NCBI GenBank assembly: GCA_964016885.1
Contig: OZ024740.1
Span: 336,784,001-336,848,000, forward strand
DNA length: 64,000 nucleotides
DNA from: Eledone cirrhosa
Taxonomy: Eukaryota
Direction: 5' to 3'
In this document: positions 1-11,112 of the stretch, one piece after another
Numbering within the stretch: the first letter of the stretch is position 1
Layout of the letters: each line of letters starts with the position of its first letter
Made by a program: the position numbers and the translations under genes
Notes under the pieces: model-generated
The model's database searches: none
Seen by the model: only the letters and a program-made list of their open reading frames with translations
What the model was told of the DNA's origin: nothing

Positions 1-2941
1 CACTGCGAAGACGAGCAGCAACTATGCCTAAATACTCTAATGATGCAACTCTCAAAGACATGTCCGTAGATTTATTGCTGAACTGCTGTACAAGGATTCT
101 CCCGAGAAGACTAAGCAACAGTTCTGAAGCTGGCCATTCTGGTTTGTTCACTGTAGATAGTAAATCCTGAACAAAATTTTCAAAAAGAGGACGATAGTCA
201 TCTTCACTTTTGGCTGTACACTTCTTAAGAAAGACAGAGAGGAAGTTATAACCAGTTCTCATTGCTGTCTCATATGATGTTACAATCATGACATCACCAT
301 CTACATGCTTTTTTCTATCCCCCAATAATCTTTTATCTATTAAAGGTTTTTCATCAATGCAAATCTCAGATATAATAGATTTTGCTGAAGGCAATTTAAC
401 AACACATTGGATCAGCTGCAAGGCAAGAGCTGTTACCATCTGTATAGATTCATCAGCATTCAAGCGATAGTTGCGAAGGTTCCGTTTGGTGGATGGTAGT
501 CGAGCTAGTGAGGCAAAAATATCTTCCAAAATAAGTTGCCTGTGTTTATCATACTTAGAAAAAATATTTGTAACCAACTTCATTGAATTTAACTGCATTT
601 CACTAATGTTCTCAACAAAGAAAGGAGACACACTTAATGTAGACACTTGCAAAATGACAGTGTCTGTCAGTTCTTGAATGCTCAATAACTCACTCAGAGC
701 TTTGATGAGCTCACAAAGTTTATTATATAAAGTTATTGTAGCTTTGTGCTTAACTGATTGAGTACGAGCTCGTTTAGATTTCAGGTTGCCTTGGTAACCT
801 CCTTTCGCATGAGGATCTATTTTATATACCGGATCAAACTCTGGGTAAACTGTATTCTGAAGCTGCCACTTACCAAATAGAATGATTCTTTCAATAACAT
901 CATCTAAATACACCTGCTTTGGCATTTCTGGGGCAGTCATTATGTAAAGAGCTGCCAGAGAAGCATCCACGCTCCTCATCACTCTCTCCATCATCATTTC
1001 TCGCCACATTACAGATTCCTCATCGTCTTCATCTTCATCTTCCTCAGGTTTTATATTTGGTGCTAGCTTTACACCATCTCGTACATTCCACTGAAGTATT
1101 GTAAGTAGCTTCACAAGTTTATCGGAGGGAATTTGATTTGTTACTTTTTGGGCTTTCAGTTTTGCAGCTTCTCCACAGATTTCGGCAAGTACCTGTCTTG
1201 CAATCAATGATTCCGGTGGACATTCTGTATCATCATCATCTGGATCAAGAGATCCAAAATCAATCTCCTCCGCACTATCAAATACATACTCCACTGCCTG
1301 AGCAAATTTTCTAAATGTTGGACTATCAAATAACTCCTCAGAACTTAATGCTCGCTGATTCATACGTTTGTGTCGTTTCCGACGTTTTTTCCGTGCTGAT
1401 TCATCCATTTCTTCTTCTTCATCACTTGAATACAATCTTTTTGTACTTTTTATTTTTTTCATAGTGTCACAATCTGTCCTAATTCTTCCTCCAGAGACAA
1501 CAGACTGAAGTGTTTTGGGATCTAAAAGTTCTAACACCACAATAGGCTTAGAATTTTTAGCAACTAAAAGGTCAACTTGCTTACTAAAAGATATCTCTTC
1601 GACATCTTCTGGTTTCATTTGCCTTTGTTGTTGTTGTTGCAGTAAATAATCCTCCGGTAGAACAATAGAGAAGGGTGGACACTGCTTTGATTTATCTGTT
1701 TTCTCCGAAGACATGTTGCGTGTTCGTCGTTTACACAGCTCCATATCTGCCTCTACACAGGAAGAACTAGCAGTGGCCGTGAATGGTGCAGGAAATCTGA
1801 TACTCTGGTGAAATTCTCCACTAACAGAGGCGGAATCTCTCCGTAGACCATGTGGCATTTGTTGCAGAGACAGGCTATCTGATCCACTCTTTCTGCGACC
1901 AGACATGTCCTGACAAATGTTCATACACTCAGTGGAAGGCTTGTTCTCAAAAGAGATGCTGCGCTTCGGTACTGAGGTAGATTTGGTACTACTGGTTCGC
2001 CTCTTACAGGAGTAAGCAGACCCTGCAGATTCAGGTGGAGATAAAACATCTAAGTTGATGTGTTCAGCCACTGCAGCCAGAGGGGGTGACACAGTATTCT
2101 GATCAAATCTTTGATTTTGAGCAAAGTGTTGAAACTGTTGTTGCTGCTGCTGCTGCTGCTGGTGATGTGGTTGTTGTTGTTGCTGCTGTTGATACATATT
2201 TGGTGAAAGAAAATTAGCATGAGGTGAATACTGAGAATTTGTTGGGTATCGAGATGATGGATCTGACTGCATATGTTGCAGTCGGGGCGAAGCATTATTC
2301 TGATTTAGATGATATGGCATGGCAAAATGACCTGAATGGTATTGTGGAAGAGGGGTTTGCTGGCTTTGAATAAGTTCATGGGGTGGTTGTGGGTGAAGTA
2401 AGTGTTGCTGCTGCCTGGTTTGAATAAAGTTTGCAGGCTGTTGCTGCGATAAGTTCTGATGGGGTGTCCGACTGTCAAAACCTCGAACATCAAATCCACT
2501 GCCACTACTACTACTACTGCTACTACTACTACTACTACTGGCAGTGGAAGTAGTTGTAGTAATGTTACCACCGACACTAGCAGTAGTGGTGGTAGCATTG
2601 TTAGTTTTAGTATGAAAAACACTGGGGTTCTGTCGAAGAACCATTTTTAACAGATCAGGTATATCTCCTTCTATGGCATCACTTGCTAAACTGTCTTTTA
2701 ATTCAATATGATCTGTAGAAGTTTGTTTCAGAGCATGAGCAAGCTGCTGAGCTAGAGTTTCATCATGTGTCTTAAGTATTTTACGAGCGTCATCAGCAAT
2801 TTTCGGATTAAAGAGGAGACTTTTATTGTGCATAGCTGGGGAGAGAGGTGTTGGCAGGGGAAGCTCAGGCAGTAAGTCTGTAAGGCTTGTCACTCCTGCC
2901 AATGTGATAATAGGAACACTTGGAATTTCGCCGTTCATCAT
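1..2941 (-). CDS. NIPBL: Nipped-B-like cohesin loader, N-terminal ~980 aa, apparently a single uninterrupted exon, runs off the window edge
   Basis: Manual translation from ATG 2941 gives MMNGEIPSVPIITLAGVTSLTDLLPELPLPTPL (cf. vertebrate MNGDMPHVPITTLAGIASLTDLL). Further on are KPIVVL (PxVxL), a basic NLS-like RKKRRKRHKR, LSSEELFDSPTFRKFAQAVEYVFD, and SLRVASLEYLGIVAARLRS at the window edge. Both ends are in the same frame; internal segments were spot-checked, not every codon. Confidence 0.96.
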   Translation of the reverse strand, partial: MMNGEIPSVPIITLAGVTSLTDLLPELPLPTPLSPAMHNKSLLFNPKIADDARKILKTHDETLAQQLAHALKQTSTDHIELKDSLASDAIEGDIPDLLKMVLRQNPSVFHTKTNNATTTTASVGGNITTTTSTASSSSSSSSSSSSGSGFDVRGFDSRTPHQNLSQQQPANFIQTRQQQHLLHPQPPHELIQSQQTPLPQYHSGHFAMPYHLNQNNASPRLQHMQSDPSSRYPTNSQYSPHANFLSPNMYQQQQQQQPHHQQQQQQQQQFQHFAQNQRFDQNTVSPPLAAVAEHINLDVLSPPESAGSAYSCKRRTSSTKSTSVPKRSISFENKPSTECMNICQDMSGRRKSGSDSLSLQQMPHGLRRDSASVSGEFHQSIRFPAPFTATASSSCVEADMELCKRRTRNMSSEKTDKSKQCPPFSIVLPEDYLLQQQQQRQMKPEDVEEISFSKQVDLLVAKNSKPIVVLELLDPKTLQSVVSGGRIRTDCDTMKKIKSTKRLYSSDEEEEMDESARKKRRKRHKRMNQRALSSEELFDSPTFRKFAQAVEYVFDSAEEIDFGSLDPDDDDTECPPESLIARQVLAEICGEAAKLKAQKVTNQIPSDKLVKLLTILQWNVRDGVKLAPNIKPEEDEDEDDEESVMWREMMMERVMRSVDASLAALYIMTAPEMPKQVYLDDVIERIILFGKWQLQNTVYPEFDPVYKIDPHAKGGYQGNLKSKRARTQSVKHKATITLYNKLCELIKALSELLSIQELTDTVILQVSTLSVSPFFVENISEMQLNSMKLVTNIFSKYDKHRQLILEDIFASLARLPSTKRNLRNYRLNADESIQMVTALALQLIQCVVKLPSAKSIISEICIDEKPLIDKRLLGDRKKHVDGDVMIVTSYETAMRTGYNFLSVFLKKCTAKSEDDYRPLFENFVQDLLSTVNKPEWPASELLLSLLGRILVQQFSNKSTDMSLRVASLEYLGIVAARLRS

Positions 2942-3140
2942 GCGATTCAATACATCGCTTCTGCTACATGCCACTACATCTTGAACAACCATCTTTTAGT
3001 ATTCCTGCTATGGTAATTCCATCAAATTGGTCCCCAAAATTGTCATTGATAACAAAAACACAACTGCTGACACTGCCCCAAAACTTGTACTTCGTTAATA
3101 GCATAAAGACAATTTTCACTTGCTGAACTTTTGAAAATAT

Positions 3141-4496
3141 CTGTTGAAAGTATTGTTATACTTGGCACTTCTCAGACTTCTATAGTTAAAAGTTATGTCA
3201 CCAATATATACAATTGGTTGTTTGGGTTTGTTTTTTTTGTTTTGTTTCGTTTTTTTTCCGATTGAAATAAATCAAGAATAGCAGTAAGGAAGCGTCAGCG
3301 TAATTCTAGTCAAATTTCTGTTCCTTGGAAGTTTGAAAATAGTTTGATACAAGCATGTGTATAATTTATTGAAAGTTTGTTATGGATTTAGACAAGAATT
3401 TCAATCAGAAATTCTTTCTTTTAGTAATCTCCTGAGTAATGATTTAAAAAGTGAAAGGTTTAAAGTGTGCGATCTGTTTTATGTTCTGTTGTGCTTCCAT
3501 AATTATCAAAAGAAACATAAGTGTATAAGCAGGAGGTAGATGAAAGAAACAGGTAAGAAAGAATTGGCTACAAATACAAATTGGATGGATTCAAAACAAA
3601 CCCAATGTCGATGTAGCTGGTGGGCACAGGTTTCAATCCTGTTCAAGTATACCAATATAATAGAAGTGATGGGTCTGTTGCAACGACTTTGATCGACCGG
3701 GGACGTTAATAATTACAGTAAATTTACTGCTGATGTTTCGTGTCCGAATCAGACACTATAAAACCATCATCTTTTGATTGTGGTCTTACTTCCGGTTTAA
3801 GGTCAGCTGAAGCAACTAATCAGTTTTAAATTTCATTTAGTCAATTTCTCATATTGGGACGTTTATTTATTTATTGCTGTTGCTACTACTAGTAGTGGTG
3901 ATGGTGACGGTGGTGGTGGTGGTGGGTGAATTTGATTTATTCCGTGATTAAGTGAGATCGGTTCAAAGACAGGTTATATCGGAGAGGAATCAGAAAAGAA
4001 CTGACATATAAACACTAGTCTTTCTCCCAACAACTTGAGAGATATAATGAACTATATAGCACGTTAGCAGAGAATTTTAAAAAAACGGGGGAAGATGTGA
4101 TATAAATAAAATCAGTCTTCAAAAATAAGAGGAAACGGTTATTTGAGGAGATCAGGGTATCCTGGTAAAGTCTCTCATAGGACGTGTGTTTCACACTTGT
4201 AAATATCAATTCAATTGAGAACGATGGAAGGGAGGGGAGATTGCACTGTTGAGTAACCCAGAAGATGTTTATATGTATGGATTTGTTTGGTATGTGGAGC
4301 CAGAAGAGGTGATCAGTGTTCAATTCTGGAGGTCGCACTGGTCGATTGTGTTTTTCCTAGGGCGATTAAACTACATTGGTCGGTTTTCAGTGCTTTGTTT
4401 TAAACAGAAGATCAAATAATATCAGTGGATAGAGGCGAAACAACCGAATGTCAGGAGAAAGAGACAACAATTATTGAGAAATTAGAAAACATTTAC
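3141..4496 (-). other. NIPBL: Putative 5'UTR intron of NIPBL
   Basis: Minus-strand donor CAG|GTAAAT at 4496 and acceptor TACTTTCAACAG| at 3141. Motif-based only. Confidence 0.4.
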
Positions 4497-4599
4497 CTGA
4501 GGTCTTTAACGACAGTTTTGCGTGTTTTCATTGTTGTTTTTTTTTTCTATATTGTTTGTTGTTGATGGAGAATAAGTGGAGATGTGCATTTGTTTTCGT

Positions 4600-4647
4600 T
4601 CACATCCACTTGGTTTCATAAACAAACAGACACACGCATATTTATAA

Positions 4648-4701
<54 letters not shown>

Positions 4702-5900
4702 TCACACAGATAGTCACATAGTGATATCTATACGCTCACATCCATATTCACACACAACCGCACAGACACACACAAACACACTCAGTTCTCGCATTCACAT
4801 ACACAATATGGCGTCGTGGTGGCGGTGTTGGACAATTAAAGTAGAGTTACTGTTTTCAACTTCTTTGCTGTGTTGTATTTAATTGTTCCACTTCTGTAGA
4901 CATGTAAATAAATGATTTAGAAAGATTTCAATAGGGTTTCGTGTCAGAAACAAAAGATTAGGCAAATATTCACTTGGCTCAGTCTTTTCAATAGATTCAG
5001 TGTTGATCTTTAAAAGAGAGCGTAACACCCTACAAGGTTTTACGGCCACTACCAAACTCTAAACAATAACAGTAACACCAGATAGACATCAAATACAATA
5101 TTTTAGGTGTTAAATCAACAATCGGTTCACATTCTTCCCGTCCAAATTTTCCCATCGTCGTTTCGTTAACGTTTCTTCTTCCTCGTTTTTTTTTGTTTTT
5201 TTGTTTTCTTCAAAACTAATGTTGTTATAATCGATTATTTTACTGGCCTTTGTCTTCCTTCTTCCGATATTATTTTCTTTCCTGCAGAGAAAGTAAACAT
5301 CCAGGAGTTATTTGTACGGTAGGGCTGTAGAGATGGGACGAGAGTTAATTAAAATATAATGAGGAGATAAAGAGAGTGAGTCAGTTTGGAGAGACGGTGA
5401 GCAGCCATTGTTGACGATGAGTGGAGAGGTAGAAACAAGGGAGGTAACTAACTCACAGGTGCGCCGTCAAGCTTTGTAGCATGTGCTCTAGAGTGATAAG
5501 GAGAGGTTTTCTTTTCACAACAATAACATCTACATCTAAGACACTTCTGGTGACAGTTGAACATATTTGGAAATTATTAGTCTACTCAAAAAGGATATTA
5601 AAGAAATGTCAAAATTCTTTCTGAAGTCGAAGTGAGTTTTAAAAAGTTTTAACAGTATATAAACCCATACTCATTCATTTTTATAAATACACATATATTA
5701 CTTTATGCAATTTCATATTGCTTATCTTTTTTTCTTTACTATAATACTTAATTTTAGAATTCTCTCGTTGGTTAAACATATTTCCTTAATATGTACTTTC
5801 GGTTATTCTACGGTCAACGTGTGTTCGGGGCTGTTTCAAACTAATAATTAGTTTGACAGACGGAAGTAGCAGCAACTTGAAACATGAATGTAATTAAAAA
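4600..5900. promoter_or_regulatory. Probable NIPBL promoter region, possibly bidirectional
   Basis: TE-free and relatively CpG-containing. Has YY1-like AATATGGCG (+, ~4805) and AACAATGGCTGC (-, ~5402-5413), Inr-like TCAGTT (~4782) and ETS-like CGGAAGT (~5861). Confidence 0.4.
4653..4700. repeat. (TA)n microsatellite
   Basis: Directly visible. Confidence 0.95.
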
Positions 5901-6326
5901 TCCTTTAAAAAACATTGGGAACAATTAGAAATTTTTATTTTAAATTAGATATAGTCTAGTCCTCTACCCAGTAAAGTGTTTCAAATTTGTCACAAGTTTT
6001 GAAAACTTTCGATATAAGTATTGTATCTTATAAACATAATAATACTTGTTTTTAATTTGAATTTGCGAACTTCTAAGAAATTCTTTTATACTATTATCAA
6101 AGTTTATATATGTGTATGTGTATATATATATATATATTCCACTTTAGAACGAAAGGGACCGCAATTAAAGTAAGGTATATCAAATAGAATATATTTATTT
6201 AATAAATGACTCTTGCAGGACTACTTATTTTTTCTTCCTAAAGAATTATCCATGAGACGAATTCTTTAAGCAAAAACAACTAGTCCTGTAAAAGTATATA
6301 TTTAATATAAGGAAACCAGTACACAA

Positions 6327-6400
<74 letters not shown>
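6327..6400. repeat. Compound (TC)n(TA)n microsatellite
   Basis: Directly visible. Confidence 0.95.
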
Positions 6401-6406
<6 letters not shown>

Positions 6407-7019
6407 GTGTGTTTTCTCCGAGTGGAGAGTTCATTGTATGATGCCTGCTTCAGAAGTGCGATGTTGCATGTCAGTGAGTCATGGACGGTGAATGCAGAAG
6501 ATATGCAAAGGCTGATGAGAAATGGAGCAAACATGATCCATTGAAAGTGTAATGTTAACGTGCACGAACGATGAAGCACGAAGGCTATGAAAGCATCAGA
6601 GGAATCAGATGTAGCGTGCAAGAATGAAGACTGCACTGGTGTGGATATGTGATGCCAGTTGAATGAAGCTACAATAAATGAAGACCTGGACAGGTGGTGG
6701 TGAGAACTGATCCCAAAATGCTGAATCTCACACAAGGGGATACGAGTCGAACCAGGCTATACTGGTTAGTATTTGTCTTTCCAGATTCATGTTATTCAAA
6801 TAAAAAAATAGAGTTAATAATTTATTCTTTTGTTTAGTATTCACCTTTCCTTTCACTCTGGTGGGTTTTTATCCTCTATGATTGAACACATATCTTTATG
6901 TGTACTTCTCTCTATATACTGATTTATATATATGTAAATGAAATGACAGAGTAGATTTCTTTAAATCAGTTTTTTATTGTGAAGATCTAACATGGATATT
7001 TTAAAAAAATATATATATA

Positions 7020-7975
7020 TATGTGACCAAATCAGTAGTGGGTGAGGGGGTTCTGAAAGCACAGTAACCAGAGTGAGATCGGGTTGGAGAAAGTTCAGGG
7101 AGCTACTACCGTTACTAACTACAAAAGGTTTTTCCCTCGAAATGAAAGACAGACTGTATGATGCATGCATATGAACAGCAATGTTGCACAGTTGCAAGTC
7201 CTGGGCACTCTGTGCTGAGGACCTGCGAAGATTGGAAAGAAATGAAGCCTCCATGCTTCACTGGATGTGCAATAGCAATATACATGAACGGCAAAGTATA
7301 AATATATTGTGTGAGAAATTAGGCATAAGAGGGATCAGTTGTTGCATGCAGGAGAGGAGATTGCGTTGGTATGGACATGTAATGCATATGAAGGATGAGA
7401 GCTGTATAAAAAGGTGCAAAGCACTCAAAGTTAATGGTAGCCGTGGAGTAGGCAGGCCTAGGAAGACTTGGGATGAAGTAATAAAAGCTGTCCTTGCACA
7501 ATTACACCTCACCAAGGCAATGACACAGGACTGTGATCTCTGGCACTGTGCAGTACTACAGAAGACCCGCCCTCCCATGTACTTGAGCTGAGGCATATAT
7601 CTAATAGGAAATACCTTCCTCTACCTTCTCCCCTCCCTATGCGATAACCATCCCTCCCCTATTACCTACGTCCACAATTTCCTCAAACTTCCTCCCTCTC
7701 CCTTCCTAGTTCCAAGACTAAAGCACCCAATCCACACTGTAAAGTGGTCATGTCGGCGACATGACAAAAAGTGTCCAGTCCGCATTGTAATGTGGTTGTG
7801 TAGGTGACATAATAAAAAACACCCAGCACACACTGTAAATGTGGTTGGCGTTAGGAAGAGCATCCATCAGTTCTGTGTAAGCGAAACATGGTCCCCTGAC
7901 CTGATCCCTCACAAAGGGAGAGCCCGTCCTATCCATGCTAGCGTGGAAGATGGATGTTAAATGACGATGATGATA
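7020..7975 (+). mobile_element. RTE-clade LINE, 5'-truncated, with 3' tail
   Basis: ORF 7181-7591 (LERNEASMLHWMC...RRLRWYGHV...GRPRKTW) matches the other RTE copies. Ends in ccatgctagcgtggaagatggatgttaaatgacgatgatg. Confidence 0.9.
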
Positions 7976-8766
7976 ATGTGTTTGTATATATATCTGCTAT
8001 ACTGCGGCTACAACTTCGATTTATACCTATTATTATTATATATGTGTGAGTGTGTGTATAAAACACCCATTCTACCCAGTAGGGTGGTAGTGCTGTTGCC
8101 TTGGAAAAAGCTCCCAGTGCATATGGTTGACGTTAGGAATGACATCCAGCCAAAGAAAACCAACCCAAAAGCAGATCGTATGAGCAAGACATGGTCATCT
8201 GATCTGTAATATGACAACCCGTCTAACTCATGCAAGCATGGAAAACAGATGTAAAACAATGATGATGATATAAGTTAGTCAAAAGACTAGGTGCACTGCT
8301 TATGTCCCTTGCAGGTCACCAAAGCCTGGTAAGATCTATGCAGCAGTGAATTATCAGTTTGAATGTTTCTAGTAAAATGAACTCTGGTAAAGCCACCACT
8401 CACCCATGACCAGGTAACAGTGTTAACCCTTTCTTGACCATATTTTCTAATGATATACGCTGCATTTCAATTAATTAATTAAGAATTTTGAGGGGTTTAC
8501 TAAAATTATTAATTATTCTATTATTAAGATGATATTTGTACTGATCTAGAGTCATGACTATCAGAATCATTAGAATGCCAGATGAGAAGCCTTGATGCAT
8601 TTGTTCCCCTTCTTTATATTCTGAGTTCAAATCCTGCTATAATCTACTAGCCACCATTCATGATTAACCATGGATAGCATTAGAATAATTTGTGTTATTC
8701 AGTCTGCTGAAGGGAGATGGTGGTTAGATTCTGTTGTTGGAAAGGATATTAAGACAACAGAGTGCA

Positions 8767-8990
8767 TTAACCCTTTAGCATTTACATTACTCTATATTTA
8801 CTATTGTATTTTTGCAGTAAAAGCTTTATCCCACATAATTATCTCACATAGTATCAAATCTATGAGATGTTATTTATCTTGAGAACAATACCTTAACATC
8901 AGTTGTGAGTGGCTAGTTATGGTTAGTTTGAACAGAAACAGATGAGAGAATTCTGGCCAGATATGGCCAGTTTAAATGCTAAAGGGTTAA
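8767..8990. mobile_element. piggyBac-like MITE
   Basis: TTAA-CCCTTTAGCATTTA ... TAAATGCTAAAGGG-TTAA: terminal inverted repeats with TTAA on both sides. Homologous copies at 14598 and 18512. Confidence 0.8.
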
Positions 8991-11112
8991 GTTAGTTTAG
9001 CAGGAATTATTCTACATTTATTAAGTTCTGGAACTGAAAGAATAGTAGTAGAAGAAACAGGAAAAGGACAATCTGTGTATGGTTTTGAACTGTTGATAAC
9101 TTATTATTGGCTGCATGAAGAATGTTTGATCATAAATAAAAGGTCATCGCATACGATAGGACCAAGCATTTTAAGGGTACATGATGAATAGTGAAAATTC
9201 CTTAATCTTGCAGTGTACAAGGCAATGTCTCTATTGCTTGTATGAGAATAAAATGCTCCTTGTACACACTGAAAAATGATTGATAAATGAGCAGTGACAA
9301 CACAGTTTTGAGAGGACCATTTAGTCTTGCTAAGGACATGACAACCTTTCTATTGTTGGTGCTATGATAAAAAATCTCCCAGTACACTCTATAAACCTTT
9401 TTGTATTAAGAATGGTACCCAACCATAGATACTATGTCAAAAATGAAATATACAAATGAAATGTGGTCTCTATCCCATCTAAAATAGCAGTAAATCAAAA
9501 TAAATTTACTCAGAACATCAACCCATGCTAGCATAAAAACCAAATACAAAGTGATGAGGCACTCTTGATGAGTAAGTTTGTATAAAAAATTAAGAACCTT
9601 TCTCTGACAGAAAAGAAATTGTTTACACCTCAGGGCTTTATCGTTTGTTTTTTAATAAGAATCTACAGAGAATTAATAGATGCTATTGTTAAGTAGTTGG
9701 CTGAAGCAAAACCAAGTCTTCAATGGCACATCATCATCATCATCATCATCGTTTAACGTCTATCTTCCACGCTAGCATGGGTTTGACGAGGTTAATATTA
9801 ATAATTGCTCATCATAGATAGAATATATTGCAAGTGTTGTGTGATTTCTTGAAATGTATTTTGTTGTTGAATGAGACAAGGTTGTTTTCATACGTAATTA
9901 TAGAAAAGATTTGAGATCTTTGGAAATGGCTGGCAGGAGATATTTAGGTTCTATACTGTTTTGTATACTTAATCTTTTCACTGTGAAATCTTTGATCAAA
10001 TTAACAGCAAGATCCAAATAAAAACTTATCTGTGTGTGTTGCTAGAGGCGACTAAAAAGGTTGGTGACAGAAAGGTCATCCAGTTGTAAAATTTTGCCTC
10101 CCAAAAGACTCCACGAGGAGTATGAAGCTAACCCCTGTTTTAATTGAGAAAATGTCCCTAAAGTGCCTGTTGTTTTTATAATTGCTATCCAAGTAAAAAA
10201 AATTCATATTTATTTTGCCACAGAACTGGAAGGAATGTTTGAAGACTCTGCCCCCACGACCCTCCCAGGAACAAGTGGGCGAAAAAGAAGAATCCTTATT
10301 TTAAATTGCATGGCATTTTCATTAACTGAGCATTAGCTTGGATAGTGGACAGTGCAGTACTGAAGGGGTTATACATGAATGAGTGGTGTTCTTGCCTAGT
10401 TGTGTGTATATAGTCAATAAGTAGGTAAAAAACTAGAAAGAAAAAAAAGTTTACAAAAGAGGTAAGTGAACCTGAAGGTCATGTGGTATGATAGAGTAGG
10501 TCAACAATAACCCCTCCCATAGTATAATGGAACAAATTGACAAGTGAATAGTGTTGGGTAGGACAGACATACAACTTTAACGAAGATTATCCTGCTATAT
10601 TCAGTTGCATGATTTGCTGATGTCAAGGGAAACAACTTAGCTCACGTCATAGTTTCTACTTGCAGTAAACCAACCTTGAATATTACAATAAAGTTGTACA
10701 AATATGAGTATGACTATGAAGACGGAGAATTATTAAAAAAAGCCAGATAGAATGCTTTGGGGTATTAGTTCCAGCTCATTGCACACTTTGAGTTCAAATC
10801 CCATTGAGTTAAACTTTGCCTTTCATCCTTTCAAGGTTGTTAAAAAAAAGCACCACTCAAATACTCGGGTTGATTCTTCTATATCCCTTTCTCACTTCTC
10901 CTCATTCCTTCTCTGGAAGAAATTGGTTGTGTTCAGATATGCTATCAGGAGTTACAGGCCCTTACAATTACATCCATGAACTACTCAGATGGTTCAGTAG
11001 TAGTTGATATTACCATGGTGACCAATTTAGTTTTGAAACTAGTTGTAAAGATGCTTTAGTAGCTAGAGTAACGAAATGAAAGATCTACAGAGATTTATTA
11101 AACTAACTCTCA

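Noticed and set aside
288-2650. Short ORF-track calls in 288-2650
   Set aside because: They are antisense or off-frame shadows of the NIPBL coding frame.
6246-6735. ORFs with IYIYIY/ERERER runs (also near 57464-58146)
   Set aside because: Translations of microsatellites and decayed RTE fragments.
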